From Mustelus asterias (Eukaryota): a stretch of 64,000 bases of DNA. Location of the stretch: positions 42,284,001-42,348,000 of the forward strand of contig NC_135809.1 of the NCBI RefSeq assembly GCF_964213995.1, in the 5' to 3' direction. This document shows, piece after piece, positions 22,173-35,604 of this stretch. The notes under the pieces were generated by a model. It saw only the letters and a list, made by a program, of their open reading frames with translations, ran no database searches and was not told where the DNA came from. Both the position numbers and the translations under genes were made by a program. Position 1 is the first letter of the stretch, and each line of letters opens with the position of its first letter.

Positions 22173-24509
22173 TGACAGAGTTAGCCCTCCCATGCACCAA
22201 AACTGCATTTGCAGGTATCCTGGATTCCTGGACATGTCACCCTAACTTTCTCCTGACAGAACTACTTTGTGAGTTCACAAATCCCTGAACTGCAGTTCCA
22301 GTGTTCTCTCATCTCACAATTCTTCCAGTGCTCTCACAGACCCTGGATTCTAGAGCTTGGGTTCTGGGTCTCGTTCCACTCTAAATAGAGCTAAATCCTC
22401 AAGCCTCACCCTCGCACCACCCAAATTTAGAACTACCATGCAATGCTCCTAGATGTCGCTTCCCAGTGCTCCCAAATTCAGTACAGTCCTAAATGCTGGA
22501 ACTGTGTGCCTTGCAATACTACTTGGCATTGTAGTGCTATATATATAAAACCTCTGACGCCCAGAGTTCAAGAGAGTAACTCACTGCCACTTTCTGGGGC
22601 ACTAAGGAAGGAAGGAATCCAGAGAGGGTTTAGCTGGCAGTTTTACTAGAACCGTCAGGTCCCTGGAGTCTGTAATGGACATGCTCATGTCCTTGTGTCT
22701 AGACTATGTATCACAGAAGTTCATCTGAGCAGCAAATTCACAACAACTTGAATTTCAAGTTTTATAAAATGACTGCATTTCACTAAAATGGCTTTCCATA
22801 AAGCCTCTGGGTGTTCACAGTAATTCTGTATATTTTTTCTCTATGCATTTTTATCAAGAGCTCTTAGCACTTGATGAAGCAAGGGTTTATAATGCTGAAG
22901 TGACTTGATATCACGAGAACCCTAAAAGGGCATGCAGCAACCAACATATCTTTACAAGAAATTTTATACAATCCATTTCTAAGTATGCAATAACATTCAG
23001 ACAGATGGCAGCAAACAGAAGTATTACAAATATTTGAAAGACAGATTGATATCACTTGAGAGTCTAACCATACACCAATCCACACAATGTTTTCTATGTG
23101 ACTGGTAATACAAGCCATGCTTTAGAATACTTGACAACTCCGTAATGCAATATTGTGTTGAGAAGTTTAGGATGACATTTTTTTTTAAACTTAGTGAAGC
23201 AAGAAATTGTTACATTGTCCTTTCTCCTCTCAGAATTTTAAATTATTGGCTGGATTTAATGCAACCCCTTGCAGTGGAAACCATTGCAGCTGGACCCACT
23301 TAGTTGTGGGAAAGGTCTTACCTAAGTGTCCCAGCAGCATCTAAACCTCTCACAGTTAAGTCAGAGGTTGCCGAGGGTTTCCTAGTTGGATGCTCATTAA
23401 TGAGCCAACTGACACCTATTATCCAATTCCAGCACAAGTCAGTGTTCATTCAGGCATTAAATGAGAGATGTATGGCTTTCCTGTGCCCCCAAAAAGCTGA
23501 CCGGCAATGACATACCTCTGAAAGCTACTCCATCATGCCTTGCCAGCAAGGTTTATCATGACCGCAATACAATTGGTGGTATAATGGTGACTACAAATAT
23601 GACTCCTTTAATGCCACCTGGTCTCGACAAGCTTTATGCATCTTATTCACTTTGAAGCAATAAAACCTGTGGTGGAGTACACTGAAAGCAAATACGTGTT
23701 TAATGAATATGTAATGAAAAATTGCTCATTAGAAAATTTGTTCCCCATAAGCAAAAACCTACCACCTGCAAGGTTCAATTTCTATAGATTATTTCATGCT
23801 GCATGATACTTGTGCCAAAACTCCGTAAATGGCTGGCGACAATGACCTCATATGCATATATTATTCTTCAGTAATGGAGTTGTTACATATTCTACACAAC
23901 AGATACTGTGCCGACTGGAATTCCAGTACAAACTCAATGATTCCAAGAACGATAACTTAAAAGTCTAATTACTTTATGAGATCTGGCAAGGTAAGAGGAG
24001 CCAGCCAGATCATCCAAGAATGTACTGAACTAAGCATGTCTGCAACTCAAAATCAGCACTTGCTCATATGACAGCACAGAACTCTTTTATAACTTAAGCT
24101 CTAAGATATGCGTTGCTTAGTTCATTTATACCATGCTCATTTGATAGGGTCTAACTGCATCTCAAGCCAACTGAAGATCATGCTTTTATTTTAAAACAGC
24201 CCATATCAGCAGAGAGAGAAAGATGACTGACTTTCCAGCAACTTTTATATGGAGAAAGTATTAGGGCTTCAGGTGAGGCAGACCACACAGGCAGTCGGAA
24301 ATGGGGAAAGAGGGATTTGTTTTAACTGGGGTTCATAGTGACATTATGCCTTTCTTCCTTCTCATCCTTTTAAACCCTGCAATATCTGGACCAAACAGCA
24401 AGTGAACTCTGCTCTCAGAAGATTCATTCTAATCCAACTTCCTCCTCAAGATACTGCCAAGGAAAAAGCAGAAGTGGAATAATTGGCGTATCTGCAAATT
24501 GTCAAAGAG

Positions 24510-24790
24510 TATGCAGAAATGCAGTGTATTTCTTAAATGGATGGAGATTATAAAATGTCAATATCGTAAGAGACCTAGATACTCTTAGTCATAAGTCATT
24601 GAAAGCTAACATTCAGGTGCAACAAGCAATTAGGTGGCAAATGGTATATTTGTCTTTATTGCAAGGAGATTTGCGTACAGGAGTAATGGAGAATTGCTGC
24701 ACTGGAAGAGGCTTGGTGAGACCACACCTTGATATTGTGCGCACTTTTGGTCTCCTTATTCAAGGAAGGATATAGTGGCCATTGAGGGTG
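24510..24790 (+). mobile_element. Old CR1 ORF2 fragment
   Basis: WQM..N, LVRPHL..FWSP remnants (ttggtgagaccacacctt...ttttggtctcc). Confidence 0.7.
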
Positions 24791-25725
24791 ATGTTTTGGC
24801 CGCAACTGTCTTCTGGGTAACGAATTCCACAGGCTTACCACTCTCTGGGTGAAGAAATTTCTCCTCATCTCAATCTTGAAAGGTTTACCCAATATCCTGA
24901 GACTATGACCTCTGGTTCTGAACACCTCCACCATTGGGAACATCCTTCCTGCATCTATTCTTTCTAGCCCTGTTAGAATTTTATAGGTTTCTATTAGAAT
25001 CCCCCTCTAAACTCCAGCGAACATAATCCTAACCAATTCAATCTCTCCTTACAAGTCAGTCCCACATCACAGGAATTAGTCTGGTAAACTTTCTCTGCAC
25101 TCCAATAGAGCAAGGACATCCTTCGTCAGATAAGGAGACCAAAACTTCACACAATATTTCAGGTATGGCCTCACCAACATCCTATATAATTGTAGCAAGA
25201 CATTCCTGCTCTTGTACTCGAATCCTCTCGCTATTAAGGCCAACATACCATTTGCCTTGTTTACTGTTGCTGCACCTGCATGCATACCTTCAGCAACTGG
25301 TGTACGAGGACACACAGGTCTCCTAGCACATTTCCCTCTCAATTTGTAGCCATTCAGGTAATAATCTGTCTTCCTGTTTTTGCCAAAGTGGATAACATCA
25401 CATTTATTCACATGACACTGCATCTGCCGTGCATTTGCCCACTCACTCAGCTTATCCAAATCACACTAAAGCATCTCTCCATACTCCTCACAACTCATCC
25501 TCCCACCCAACTTTGTGTCATCTGCAAAGTTGGAGATAATACATTTAGTTCCCTCCCCTAAAACATTAATATATATTGTGAATAGTTGGATTCCCAGCTC
25601 CAATTCCTGCAGTCCTTCACTAGTCACTCCTTGTTATTTGGAAAGAGATCCGTTTATTCCTACTTTTGGTTTCTTTTCTGCCAACCACTTTTCGATCCAT
25701 CTCAATACATTGTACCCAATCCACC
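24791..25725 (-). mobile_element. CR1 RT fragment, decayed
   Basis: ORF pieces RTRGHSLRI..RRNFFTQRVVSLWNSLP and DKLSEWA..ANGMLALIARG..LVRPYL; FADDTK at about 25520. Confidence 0.88.
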
Positions 25726-26087
25726 ACTAGCACTCCCATCTCTAATGACTGGCACAATTCCTATTCTTTTGCCGACCACTAGCTTCATTGAGCTAGCACT
25801 GCCCCAGGATTCTCTGACCTCTAGTTTCCTGACTGCACATAACTATAAAAGGCTCCCAGGGCTTCTCCTGAGCCTTAACCTTCTCCCGCATGGAACCAGT
25901 GACATTCTGCCACTTTCTCAGCTGCATAGAACTTCTCCTGCGCCCTAACTGCCTGGAGTCTAACAGCTCCAAGAGCTTCTCTATGAGCTGCAAACTACAT
26001 GGGGTCCAAACCGCAACACCCAGCTACAAATAATGGTTCTCAGGGCTTCTCCCAGCTCTAAGTGCCCAGAGTCTGTGAACAGTTTCT

Positions 26088-27283
26088 GGTTGCTGTGACA
26101 GGGTTGTGTGGTGTCGTGGTCACTGTTCTCCTGAAGGCTGGGTAGTTTGCTGCGGACAATGGTCTGTTTGAGGTTGTGCGGTTGTTTGAAGGCAAGAAGT
26201 GGGGGTGTGGGGATGACCTTGGCGAGATGATCGTCTTCATCAATGACATGTTGAAGGCTCCAGAGGAGATGCCGTAGCTTCACCGCTCCGGGGAAGTACT
26301 GGACGACGAAGGGTACTCTGTCCACCGTGTCCCGTGTTTGACTTCTGAGGAGGTCGGTGCGGTTTTTCGCTGTGGCGCGTTGGAACTGTTGATCGATGAG
26401 TCGAGCGCTATATCCTGTTCTTATGAGGGCATCTTTCAGGGTCTGGAGGTGTCTGTTGCGATCCTCCTCATCCGAGCAGATCCTGTGTATACGGAGGGCT
26501 TGTCACGACACCACACAACCCTGCCACAGCAACCTCTGCAAGACGTGCCAGATCATCGACACAGACGCCATCATCTCACATGAGAACACCATCCACCAGG
26601 TACACGGTACATACTCTTGCAACTCGGCCAACGTTGTCTACCTGATACGCTGCAGGAAAGGATGTCCCGAGGCATGGTACATTGGGGAAACTATGCAGAC
26701 GCTGCGACAACGGATGAATGAACACCGCTCGACAATCACCAGGCAAGACTGTTCTCTTCCTGTTGGGGAGCACTTCAGCGGTCACGGGCATTCAGCCTCT
26801 GATATTCGGGTAAGCGTTCTCCAAGGCGGCCTTCACGACACACGACGGCGCAGAGTCGCTGAGCAGAAACTGATAGCCAAGTTCCACACACGAGGACAGC
26901 CTCAACCGGGATATTGGGTTCATGTCACACTATTTGTAATTCCCCACAGCCTGCCTGGACCTGCAGAGTTTCACTGGCTGTCCTGTCTGGAGACAATACA
27001 CATCTCTTTAGCCTGTCTTGATGCTCTCTCCACTCACATTGTTTGTATCTTAAAGACTTGATAGCTGTAAGTATTCGCATTCCAACCATTATTCATGTAA
27101 ATTGAGTTTGTGTCTTTATATGCCCTGTTTGTGATCAGAATTCCCACTCACCTGAAGAAGGGGCTTGGGGCTCTGAAAGCTTGTGTGGCTTTTGCTACCA
27201 AATAAACCTGTTGGACTTTAACCTGGTGTTATTAAACCTCTTACTGTGTTTACCCCAGTCCAACGCCGGCATCTCCACACCAT
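26088..27283 (+). mobile_element. Penelope-like element (Neptune-type, Cys-rich linker plus GIY-YIG) with inverted 5' segment (26088-26502 on the minus strand)
   Basis: Minus arm QALRIHRICSDEED...RVPFVVQYFPG...HDTTQPCHSN. Plus arm HDTTQPCHSNLCKTC...VVYLIRC..WYIGET..LRQRMNEHR, then the pLTR with a hammerhead-like motif and aataaa. Confidence 0.92.
27144..27190 (+). ncRNA. Minimal hammerhead-ribozyme-like motif in the Penelope pLTR
   Basis: CTGAAGA (27152-27158), short stem ggggc/gctct, GAAA (27175-27178), palindromic AAGCTT. Hammerheads are an established feature of Penelope pLTRs. Confidence 0.6.
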
Positions 27284-27426
27284 CATTACACATACCCAGA
27301 TCTAAAATTGCTTGCTTCCTGGTTGGTTCCAAAACATATTGTTCAAAAGAAACTGTGCTGAATACACTATGAACTAATGTCCACTAGGCCATCTTTGACA
27401 ATTTGATTTAAAGTATAAAGTTGTTT

Positions 27427-27743
27427 AAAGTTTATTTATTAGTGTCACAAGTGGGCTTATATTAACACTGGAATGAAGTTACTGTGAAAATCCCCTAGTC
27501 GCCACACTCTAGCACCTGTTTGGGTACACTGAAGGAGAATTTAGCATGGCCAATGCATCTAACCAGCACATCTTTTGGACTGTGGGATGAAACCAGAGGA
27601 CCCGGAGGAAACCCAGAGGACCCGGAGGAAACCCACACAGACATGGGAGAACATGCTGTCTCCACACAGGCAGTGACCCAAGACGGGAACCGAACCCAGG
27701 TCGGTGAGGCAGCAGTGCTAACCACTATGCCACCGAGCCGCCC
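27427..27743 (-). mobile_element. HE1/V-SINE-type SINE with an internal 20-bp tandem duplication
   Basis: Reverse complement of the 14956 and 34396 family; ccagaggacccggaggaaac occurs twice at about 27593-27633. Confidence 0.9.
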
Positions 27744-28827
27744 CCTATAAGATTAAAATCCCCACAATTAAAGCAGTACAAGGATACTGTGCCTTTAAGA
27801 AATGTCTCAGTCATGAAAACTGGTACAATCAGTTTGATCTCAATTTCCTCGGATTAATTTCTATTGTTTTGGCTATGTTACATGCTTCATATATGGCTTA
27901 GACATTTAACTTGGTAGTTGCGTCTAAGACTCCCAGGTCTGTTTCGGCTGCATCCACATCTTTTTCAACATCATTCATGGAACGTATGCATAATGTGTCA
28001 AGTTGGTTGTGGGGTAGCGTGTGCAGCAGCGGGTCCAGGTGGCGATGACCGGATGGAGGATCTGGGAAATGGTGGCCATGGTGTAGGGTCACAGCATTCA
28101 GGTAGGCAGTCAGTACAAGTCGGGAAGGTAGCTGTTACAGATCGGAGGGGAGGGTATGATGATGGGGGCTAGTCGGCATGTTGGGGGGGGTGGGAGGGGA
28201 GGTTTGTATTGGGCAGGGGTTTATTGGGGAGTCAGCTGAGGAGTTACCCACAGGCTCAACTAGGTTTTAATCTGTCCAACATTTCCCAGGTAACTATTCA
28301 AGTGAGTACTGTGCAACCATTCAAAGTCTCCAACTCTAGCTCAGAGTCAGAGACATTAGCCGAGTGTCACAAGGAGCAAGGGCTCATCGGAAGTTTAAAC
28401 TTCCTAAGCAGTTCCCATAGGTCCATCATTCAGGACTTCCATAGGATCCTGATGCGCATTTAGTCATAGATCCAACCTCCTGCAATTTGGAGACCGGAAA
28501 ATTTGTTCCATGATTTTTCAGACGAGAAAATGTTGGTTCATTATATATGACAGTATTCTCTGGGTTGATTCACAAACATAGTCATGATTTGGATTTAAAA
28601 GTTATCTGGAAATGGAATTACATTGCACGACAGAATACATGTCAAGCATCTCTATGAATATTGGCTTAGTCTTCTGAGACTGAACAGAATTCAACTAATG
28701 ATTACAAACAGCATGCTTTAAAAAGGTTGACAGGTTGATCTTATAGCCAGTATTAATCAGTTAAAATGTGTTCAATTTTAAAATGGAGAGATTACTCTTA
28801 AGCTGAAGTGTTAGAACACCAATTTAC

Positions 28828-28968
28828 CTTCCGTAGTTGTGCTTCGAGTTTAGTGCATTCCTCCTTCTGCTGTTCAAGAGATATCTCCAGTGATTTCAGC
28901 TTGGAATCCTTCTTCAGTCCAGATGAAGCCAAAGATGAGGCATGCTCTTTCAGGTCCAGGAGCATAGC
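28828..28968 (-). CDS. ERC1: Next internal coding exon of ERC1, 47 codons, phase 0-0
   Basis: Translates to AMLLDLKEHASSLASSGLKKDSKLKSLEISLEQQKEECTKLEAQLRK, matching the ERC1 LLDLKEHASSLASSGLKKDS motif. TAG acceptor at 28969-28971, GTAAAT donor; 141 nt. Not listed in the ORF track. Confidence 0.92.
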
Positions 28969-29035
28969 CTACAGCATTAAATTTATCAGTGCTTTTATTC
29001 AAACATTGTTAACATAATGATATGATGCCAGCTGA

Positions 29036-30125
29036 TGTTACTACTGGACAGTCAGGTCTCAGAATGGAACCTTGGCTCGATATACCATAACAATTTTTTA
29101 AAAATGATGTGGATGAACATAGCCACAGAACCGCGAATTAACTTTTAACAAAAGAATAAAACATTTATAAAGATGAATAGATTAACTGTAATACACTACT
29201 CCCTCGCTACCACAACACTTTTAAGACACATTGCACTCTGAAACCAAGTGGAAGATGCCACCCAATATAACTCCTGCAGATTTCTCATTCCTCCCCCCCC
29301 CACCCTTGCTGGTACTCGTCTAGTCTTACTGGAAATCAGACTTCTACACAAGTGTTTCCAGACTCTACTCTCAAAGAAACACACTTTGAATCATCCCCAA
29401 ACAAAGTTTTCTCTTGGATGTCTTCACCAAGGATCCACTTCAAGGACTTCAATCTCTCCTTTCATTCAGTATTCCTCTGCCTTGGATTTCCAAATGCAGT
29501 TACACAATCTCTCAGGTACCCCGCCATGCCAACAGAACACCACTGCTTCACAGGCTGTATTAAGGTGTCACCGACTTTAGGATTACTTCAGATATCTGGC
29601 TTCTCACTAGCTGATTTCTGCAAGTGTGCATCTTTCACCTCTCTGTCTCTAACTGAGAGCCTCCCTCTGCCCCTTTTTTAACTTCAGTGAACAGTACCTT
29701 TCACTTCAGTCTTCCTGGGACTACTCTTCCATTCCCTGTTTTTTAAAGAACTCTCTGTTCTCTTGTTTTCTACAACTTACTCGACGGTCCTGCCTCTGCT
29801 GGTAGTTTCTGAGAGAGTTGCTTTCTTCTCAGATACCTGGTTCCAATTGAACCACAAGTATGAGGCCCTGGTTGATAAGCAAGAGCTCAGCTTCTTCACC
29901 TCTATAATTGCTTTTACATCGTAAACCTTTCATTACAATGCAGCCACAGTTTAAAATGAAACCAAAACCCACAGGCAGGCAAGCACCTTTGTTTAAGATA
30001 AAGCAATCTAAAGTTTTAACTTTTCTCATGCAGAAACACAAAATTAAACTTAGTTAAAGCTATACCTTATTTCTGTTACACACAAATACAAATATAGATT
30101 TCTGAAAACTACCTGTTTCCTGACA
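29036..30125 (-). mobile_element. Probable solo LTR between two ERC1 exons
   Basis: Begins tgttac and ends tgaca (TG...CA), non-coding, and its start resembles the element at 57469. No clean TSD. Confidence 0.4.
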
Positions 30126-30572
30126 ATAGCTTACGCAGGGAAATTTCCAACCTGTTTTAGATTTTCATTTCAAGTTCCTCCATTCTCGTTGCCATTTCTG
30201 CCCTGAATTTTCTGACTTGTACCTACTCTAAAATTGCTCCACCAATTTTTCTACCCATACCAATGGTCATTTTTGACTAGCATCTCCCAATGACTCCCTA
30301 GTCAATCACAAAAATTTCAACAGAATATTGCAAGAAGTATTGTAAATAATTGATATCTGGAATTTATTGCTGTGATTCACCTCGAATTTGAGACAACCTG
30401 TGATTCCAGTTTTGTTGATATATCCCATTGAGTTAGCTAAATTGCTCAATAAGGTCATTCCATGGCATCCATTATTTTATACATATCGCTCTTAAACAAG
30501 AAACATTCATGTTTGATAAACTTCCTCACTTTACATCACATACTACTACATGGAAAAGCATTTATTACTCAC

Positions 30573-30713
30573 CTCCTTTTCTGAGACATCTCCTTGGAGA
30601 CCACTAACCCGTTCTTTAACTTCTTTTAACTCCTTCTTGTAAGCATCAATTTCTTCTAGCTTTTCTCTTTCATCTCTGTCTCGTTGGTCTTTAAGCCGCT
30701 CAATTATTCTCTC
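30573..30713 (-). CDS. ERC1: Next internal coding exon of ERC1, 47 codons, phase 0-0
   Basis: Translates to ERIIERLKDQRDRDEREKLEEIDAYKKELKEVKERVSGLQGDVSEKE, directly continuing the previous exon. CAG acceptor at 30714-30716, GTGAGT donor; 141 nt. Confidence 0.93.
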
Positions 30714-32189
30714 CTGCAACAAGTTAGTACAATCAATCAAGTATTAGTGAGAAAAATAAATCATGTTTACTCATGGTGATTAATGAGACAGATGTTATTA
30801 TCCAAAGGAGATATAATTTTGTGCATCCTCTAAATCTCATGCCACCAGAACTGTTGCCCTTGAACTCAGGTCAACTGATGCCATAAAAAAAAACACTAAG
30901 AAGCTTGAATTATTGTACAACTAATCTCCTTTCGCATACACTACCAAGTTACCACAAAATTCACAAGGCATCAAACTTTGTTATTCACAAAGTAGCTAAC
31001 TTGTGCCTCAAAGTAACTAATCTCTGACTTACTTTGTTACACACACAAGTATTCGAAAGGTATCAAAACTTCACAAAATATCCAAACTCGCAGCTTAAAC
31101 TTAAAGATACAACCAGTGGCGAGGTGAACTGCTCAGATTCCCTGTTGGTGGGGTTTCTTCCAATGGCTCCAAGTCCCAGACTCGGGGTCTTGCTGCTTCT
31201 TGTACAGTGTTTGATCCTGCGTTCCTGCTGTCGATGTCTCAGTGTCTCTTCTCCTTATAGAAATCCTGTTAGCATTGATCACGCTTCCAGTCACTTACTC
31301 CAAGGATAGGCACCAAGTCACATTTGTTTTGGTCACGAATACAGAGGGTCGTGCCTCTGACAGGAGGTCGTAATTCTCTCGCAAACACAACACACAGGGA
31401 TTTGTGTTCAATCACTGTCTATTCGACGCATAGCAACAGCTACTGTCCAATCAATTCCCAGGTTTGTTCCATTGCTGCACATCCTATTCTTTGCTGCTTC
31501 ACCATCCTTAGTCTGGTAGAGTTAGCCCATTTAACAATCAGGCTTTTGCTGGAGTCTTTATGAATGCCCATCAGGCTGCAGAACGTAGGAACAGAGGTCA
31601 GGCATCCAATCAGATCATAGATTATCTTCAAATTCTCTTTATTTACAATGTTTTTCCTCCATATTCCTTGATCATGTCCATAACAACAATTTCAATCTGC
31701 ATCTTGAAATTACATTTTATCCAGCTTCCATTGGCTTTTGGAGAACAGAGTTCCAAATTTCCATGTTACTTTGTGTGGAACACTCCTTCCCAATTTCACT
31801 CCTAAATGGCTTAATTCCAATTCTGCCTTGCTCTGGTTTCCCCAACCAGAGGAAGTGGTTGCTTTGTATCTCTGCTGCAGAAGCCTTCTATCATTTTAAA
31901 TAACTTGATTTGATCACACCTCAGCCATCAAAACTCTAGGGAATACAAATCAAGTTTGGGCTACCTTGTCCTCTTAATTTAACCCTTGAAAACCAATGGA
32001 CTGGATTTTATATTGCCAAATCAGACAGGCCACTCTCACCGGCAAGAGTGAAATAGGGCACCATGATACAGGGTTGACAATTCAACATCACCATGCCAGT
32101 CTCCAAAAACACGGAAGGCAAGCACAGGTGTGGAAATCAGCAGTCCATGTGTCATTTTGAACTTAATTACCAAGCTATTATTAGAACCA

Positions 32190-33110
32190 TATATGCAAGA
32201 ACTTTTTTTAAATTTGGAAGGAAACTGCATTATTTGAACACTTGGAAGCTAACCTGGATTATCATTTAAAAAAGTCATAAGCTCATGTTGGACTGCCAAC
32301 AAGCATGTCTTTTCTAAGAATTCACATGACTTCAGCTAACTGACTAGCATGGCCCTTGAGCAGGGAGAGCTATTTGCTTATTTGAACTGCTATTACTTTA
32401 ACTTGATGAAAATATAAAAGCCCTAGTGATTTACTGGAAACAACCTGATGGAGTTGTGCTTCAAATTTTGAACCTGTTTTGTGAACTGAGTTGGGAATGT
32501 ACTGAAGGGGAAAGCTGCCTAGTTTGCACTCTTCTTGCCTTGCCTGAAATACATGGGATTGTCAATATCCAGCCAAGAATCTTCATCTCAGTGAAACTCA
32601 TCTGTATTTGGAAACCCGAGAGGCTGATACAAGGGAGATTGATCTGGCTCTATTCTCCTCTATGCCGAAGCTACAGGGGTGAAACCTCCAGGTATCTAAT
32701 ATGGCTAGCAACCTGTCTTCACATGAGTGAGTACCAGATCAATAGCATCAAAACCTGCAAAATATATTCTTTTTTACTTCAATGGCTCATCTCTCTTTGT
32801 TTGTTATGAGTCTGCCTGAGCACATGTACTCACCCATGTGTGCACTGGAGAATTTTAAAAAGGGTAGGTAGTTAAACGTCAAGGTTACAAATTGTGTGTT
32901 AACCAGTTCTTGCAATTAGAAGTTTTGTTCATAACAAATCAAAGTTTATTTAAGCCTGGTTAAAGTTATTTTTTTAATTTTGGGTCTAACAGTAGCAAAG
33001 GTAAATAATTGCCCAGATTGCTGAGTGAATTAAACTTTTAAACTAATGGTGCAACCTGTGGAATAGTGGAGCTAGATAAATTGTGCACTCCTCCCAGCCT
33101 GGGTGTAACA
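32190..33110 (+). mobile_element. Probable LTR remnant
   Basis: Ends ctcctcccagcctgggtgtaaca, an LTR-like ...TAACA terminus. The 5' boundary is not resolved. Confidence 0.35.
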
Positions 33111-34395
33111 CCTTTGAGCTTGTTAACAACTGAAAATTTTCATTACCCACCGCATTTTTTGGGCATCTGCCATGAAAAGGTTTGGGAATGCTTTTTGGCA
33201 GCTATGACGAGGCGGCACCATGGCAAAAAAAAAAGACCTGCCACTGGGACCATGGCTGAATGTAACAGCAGATTCTGCTGCTGAAGGTGGTGGTGTCTGC
33301 AAGTCTTAAACTCATTTGAGCCTCCAATAAAAAATGCAGAGACATTCAGAGAGCAGGGGGCCTTTAAACTTGTAGCCATGGCCGATTTCCTGCTCGCAGC
33401 ATTTCCTCTCTGCCGCATGACGTTCCTGCCTGCAGTCCCAATTGCGTGTGGAGCTCCTCTTTAGACCTCTAATTGGCTTCTTTCCTGCTGGACAGCTTGT
33501 AATTGGCCATGCTGAGATGGAGGGAGAAAGCAGACCATTCTCGGTTCTATTTATTTCATGTGACAGTCAATAATCATCTCCCCAGGACCAGGAATTCAGT
33601 GCAAATTTTAAACAATATCATCAAATGCAACTTTACACTGTAACCAAATTAAAACATGAATGAATCAATTTCATAATCCAGCAAATGATTTATATGCGCT
33701 ATAATACAACATTTCTTCAAGGTGCAAATGACCAAGGAGAACCTTCCTTCTTTTTATCTGGCAATATCCCAAAAATCATCGACCTTGGAAGAATATCAAC
33801 AGAGCAATCTTCAGAAAAATTTGTGGAAACAAAATTCTGGTCAACCCTTAACTGAATGAAATTACAGATTTCCTCCTGTATTCTAGCCTCAAGAAAACTG
33901 AACAAAAATAAAGAGTATTCACATAGTTGGAGACATTAAGAACACTGGGGAATGTTTTCCTGTGAGTAATATGCTCATAGTCTCAACTGCCTCTATGAAG
34001 GATCTGTTTACAATTTCTTTACACACAGCATGCACAGGAGATTTATTCTCTACAATTAGGTTTAGTATGTTAACCTAACAACAAACTAATGTTAAACTAA
34101 GGTTTTAACTTTGGCACAAATGTAGCATTGAAATTAATAGGCTAACCATGTTCAGTATTATTAGAATAAATTGTACAGCAAAATCTGGATTCAGAACATA
34201 CTTAAAGGCAGAATCCATAGGTGCTTTCCAATCCATCCTGCTACTCTGCAAGCTGGGTTACACCAGTGCCTCACTGATAATTCGTTGATAAATTCAGTTG
34301 CGAACTTGTTACCAACTAAACAGACCAGAAAAAGTTATGGCAGGTTCATTCAGGTGTAAATGATTTTTAATGGCATGAGAAATCTTAAATACTAG

Positions 34396-34672
34396 GGGTG
34401 GCACGGTGACACAGTGGCTAGCACTGCTGCCTCACAGCGCCAGGGACCCGGCTTGAGTCTGCACATTCTCCCTCTGTCTGCGCGGGTTTCCTCCCGGTGC
34501 TCCGGTTTCCTCCCATTGTCCGAAAGATGTGCTGGTTACGTGCATTGGCCACGCTAAATTCTCCCTCAGCGTACCCGAGCAGGCGCCGTAGTGTGGTGAC
34601 TCGGGGGATTTTCACAGTAACTTCATTGCAGTGTTAATGTAAGCCTACTTGTAACACTAATAAATAAACTTT
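34396..34672 (+). mobile_element. HE1/V-SINE-type SINE
   Basis: gggtggcacggtgacacagtggctagcactgctgcctcacagcgccaggg, V core, tail ...cctacttgtaacactaataaataaacttt; box B partly deleted. Confidence 0.92.
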
Positions 34673-35604
34673 AAAAACTCTCTGGCATTAGAAATTTAAA
34701 AGTCTGGAACTGCATTCCCTCAGAATTTACTTATTGTTGGGATTTTAAAATAATTCAACATTAAAACTTTCTTTTTTACCTTAGCTTTCTGTTTCATCTC
34801 ACTCTGTTAATCAGATCTTTCTGTCCAACTCTATTTTGTTTTTATACATGATTTTACACGGAATGAAACATAATTCATACTTCCTGGTTTAGACTCTCGC
34901 AGTAAGAATTCTTGCTCTCTTCACTCACGCCACAGATTCAAAGTAGAGGATACTGTGCTGGATCAGATGTCCAATGACATTTCCACTAACTGTGAAATCT
35001 GCCCACTTTTTGATATCTAATTGTCTCATTCATTTAAGGATAATGAGGGGGGAGGGGGTTACTGCTACTTGTACGAATCTGGCTGATGTCGTTCAGTAAA
35101 TAGTCAACCTCTCACTGATATAGGATTACCTTTTTATACTTCCTAAAATGGGATACATTTAAACTTAGAGCTGATAGCTGCTCTAAGATCGGGAGCAGCA
35201 GATCCAAACAAAAAACAAACAATTCCAAACATGTCTAAAATGCCATAACCTTGTGCTCAAAGTAATAAAAACTGTGATCCTGCCATCTTTACACTGTAAA
35301 TTAAAGTAAAATGTTATATTAAAATGGATTCTTGACAAAGAGTGGCAGTATTTTTTTCACATGTCTATCCATAGGTTTTCATTAGGGACAAGTGATTAAG
35401 AACAAGGAGGAAAAATAGCAAAAGCCTTGATGTCTGACATGATAGATCAAAAGGTGAAAACCTTTGAGCTATAGAACACGATGATAAATCTGTATCACAC
35501 GATCATTGTCAATGCGGGGGGAAAAATACTGTCCTGGATTGTATCTGACCCAAAATGAGTAAGAAAAAAACTCCATGGGTGTACAGAATGTTAAGTAACA
35601 CCAT

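Noticed and set aside
26396-27061. 221-aa ORF as a novel standalone GIY-YIG nuclease gene
   Set aside because: Chimeric artefact: its N-terminus is antisense Penelope sequence across the inversion junction and its C-terminus is frameshifted.
28140-28235. G-run cluster with G-quadruplex potential
   Set aside because: Low-complexity intronic tract with no further support.
1-28800. Next ERC1 exon (AHE...VDRLLEILKEVENEKNDKDKK); the preceding exon was sought above 46100
   Set aside because: Not found by eye; probably outside the window, though I may have missed a diverged exon.
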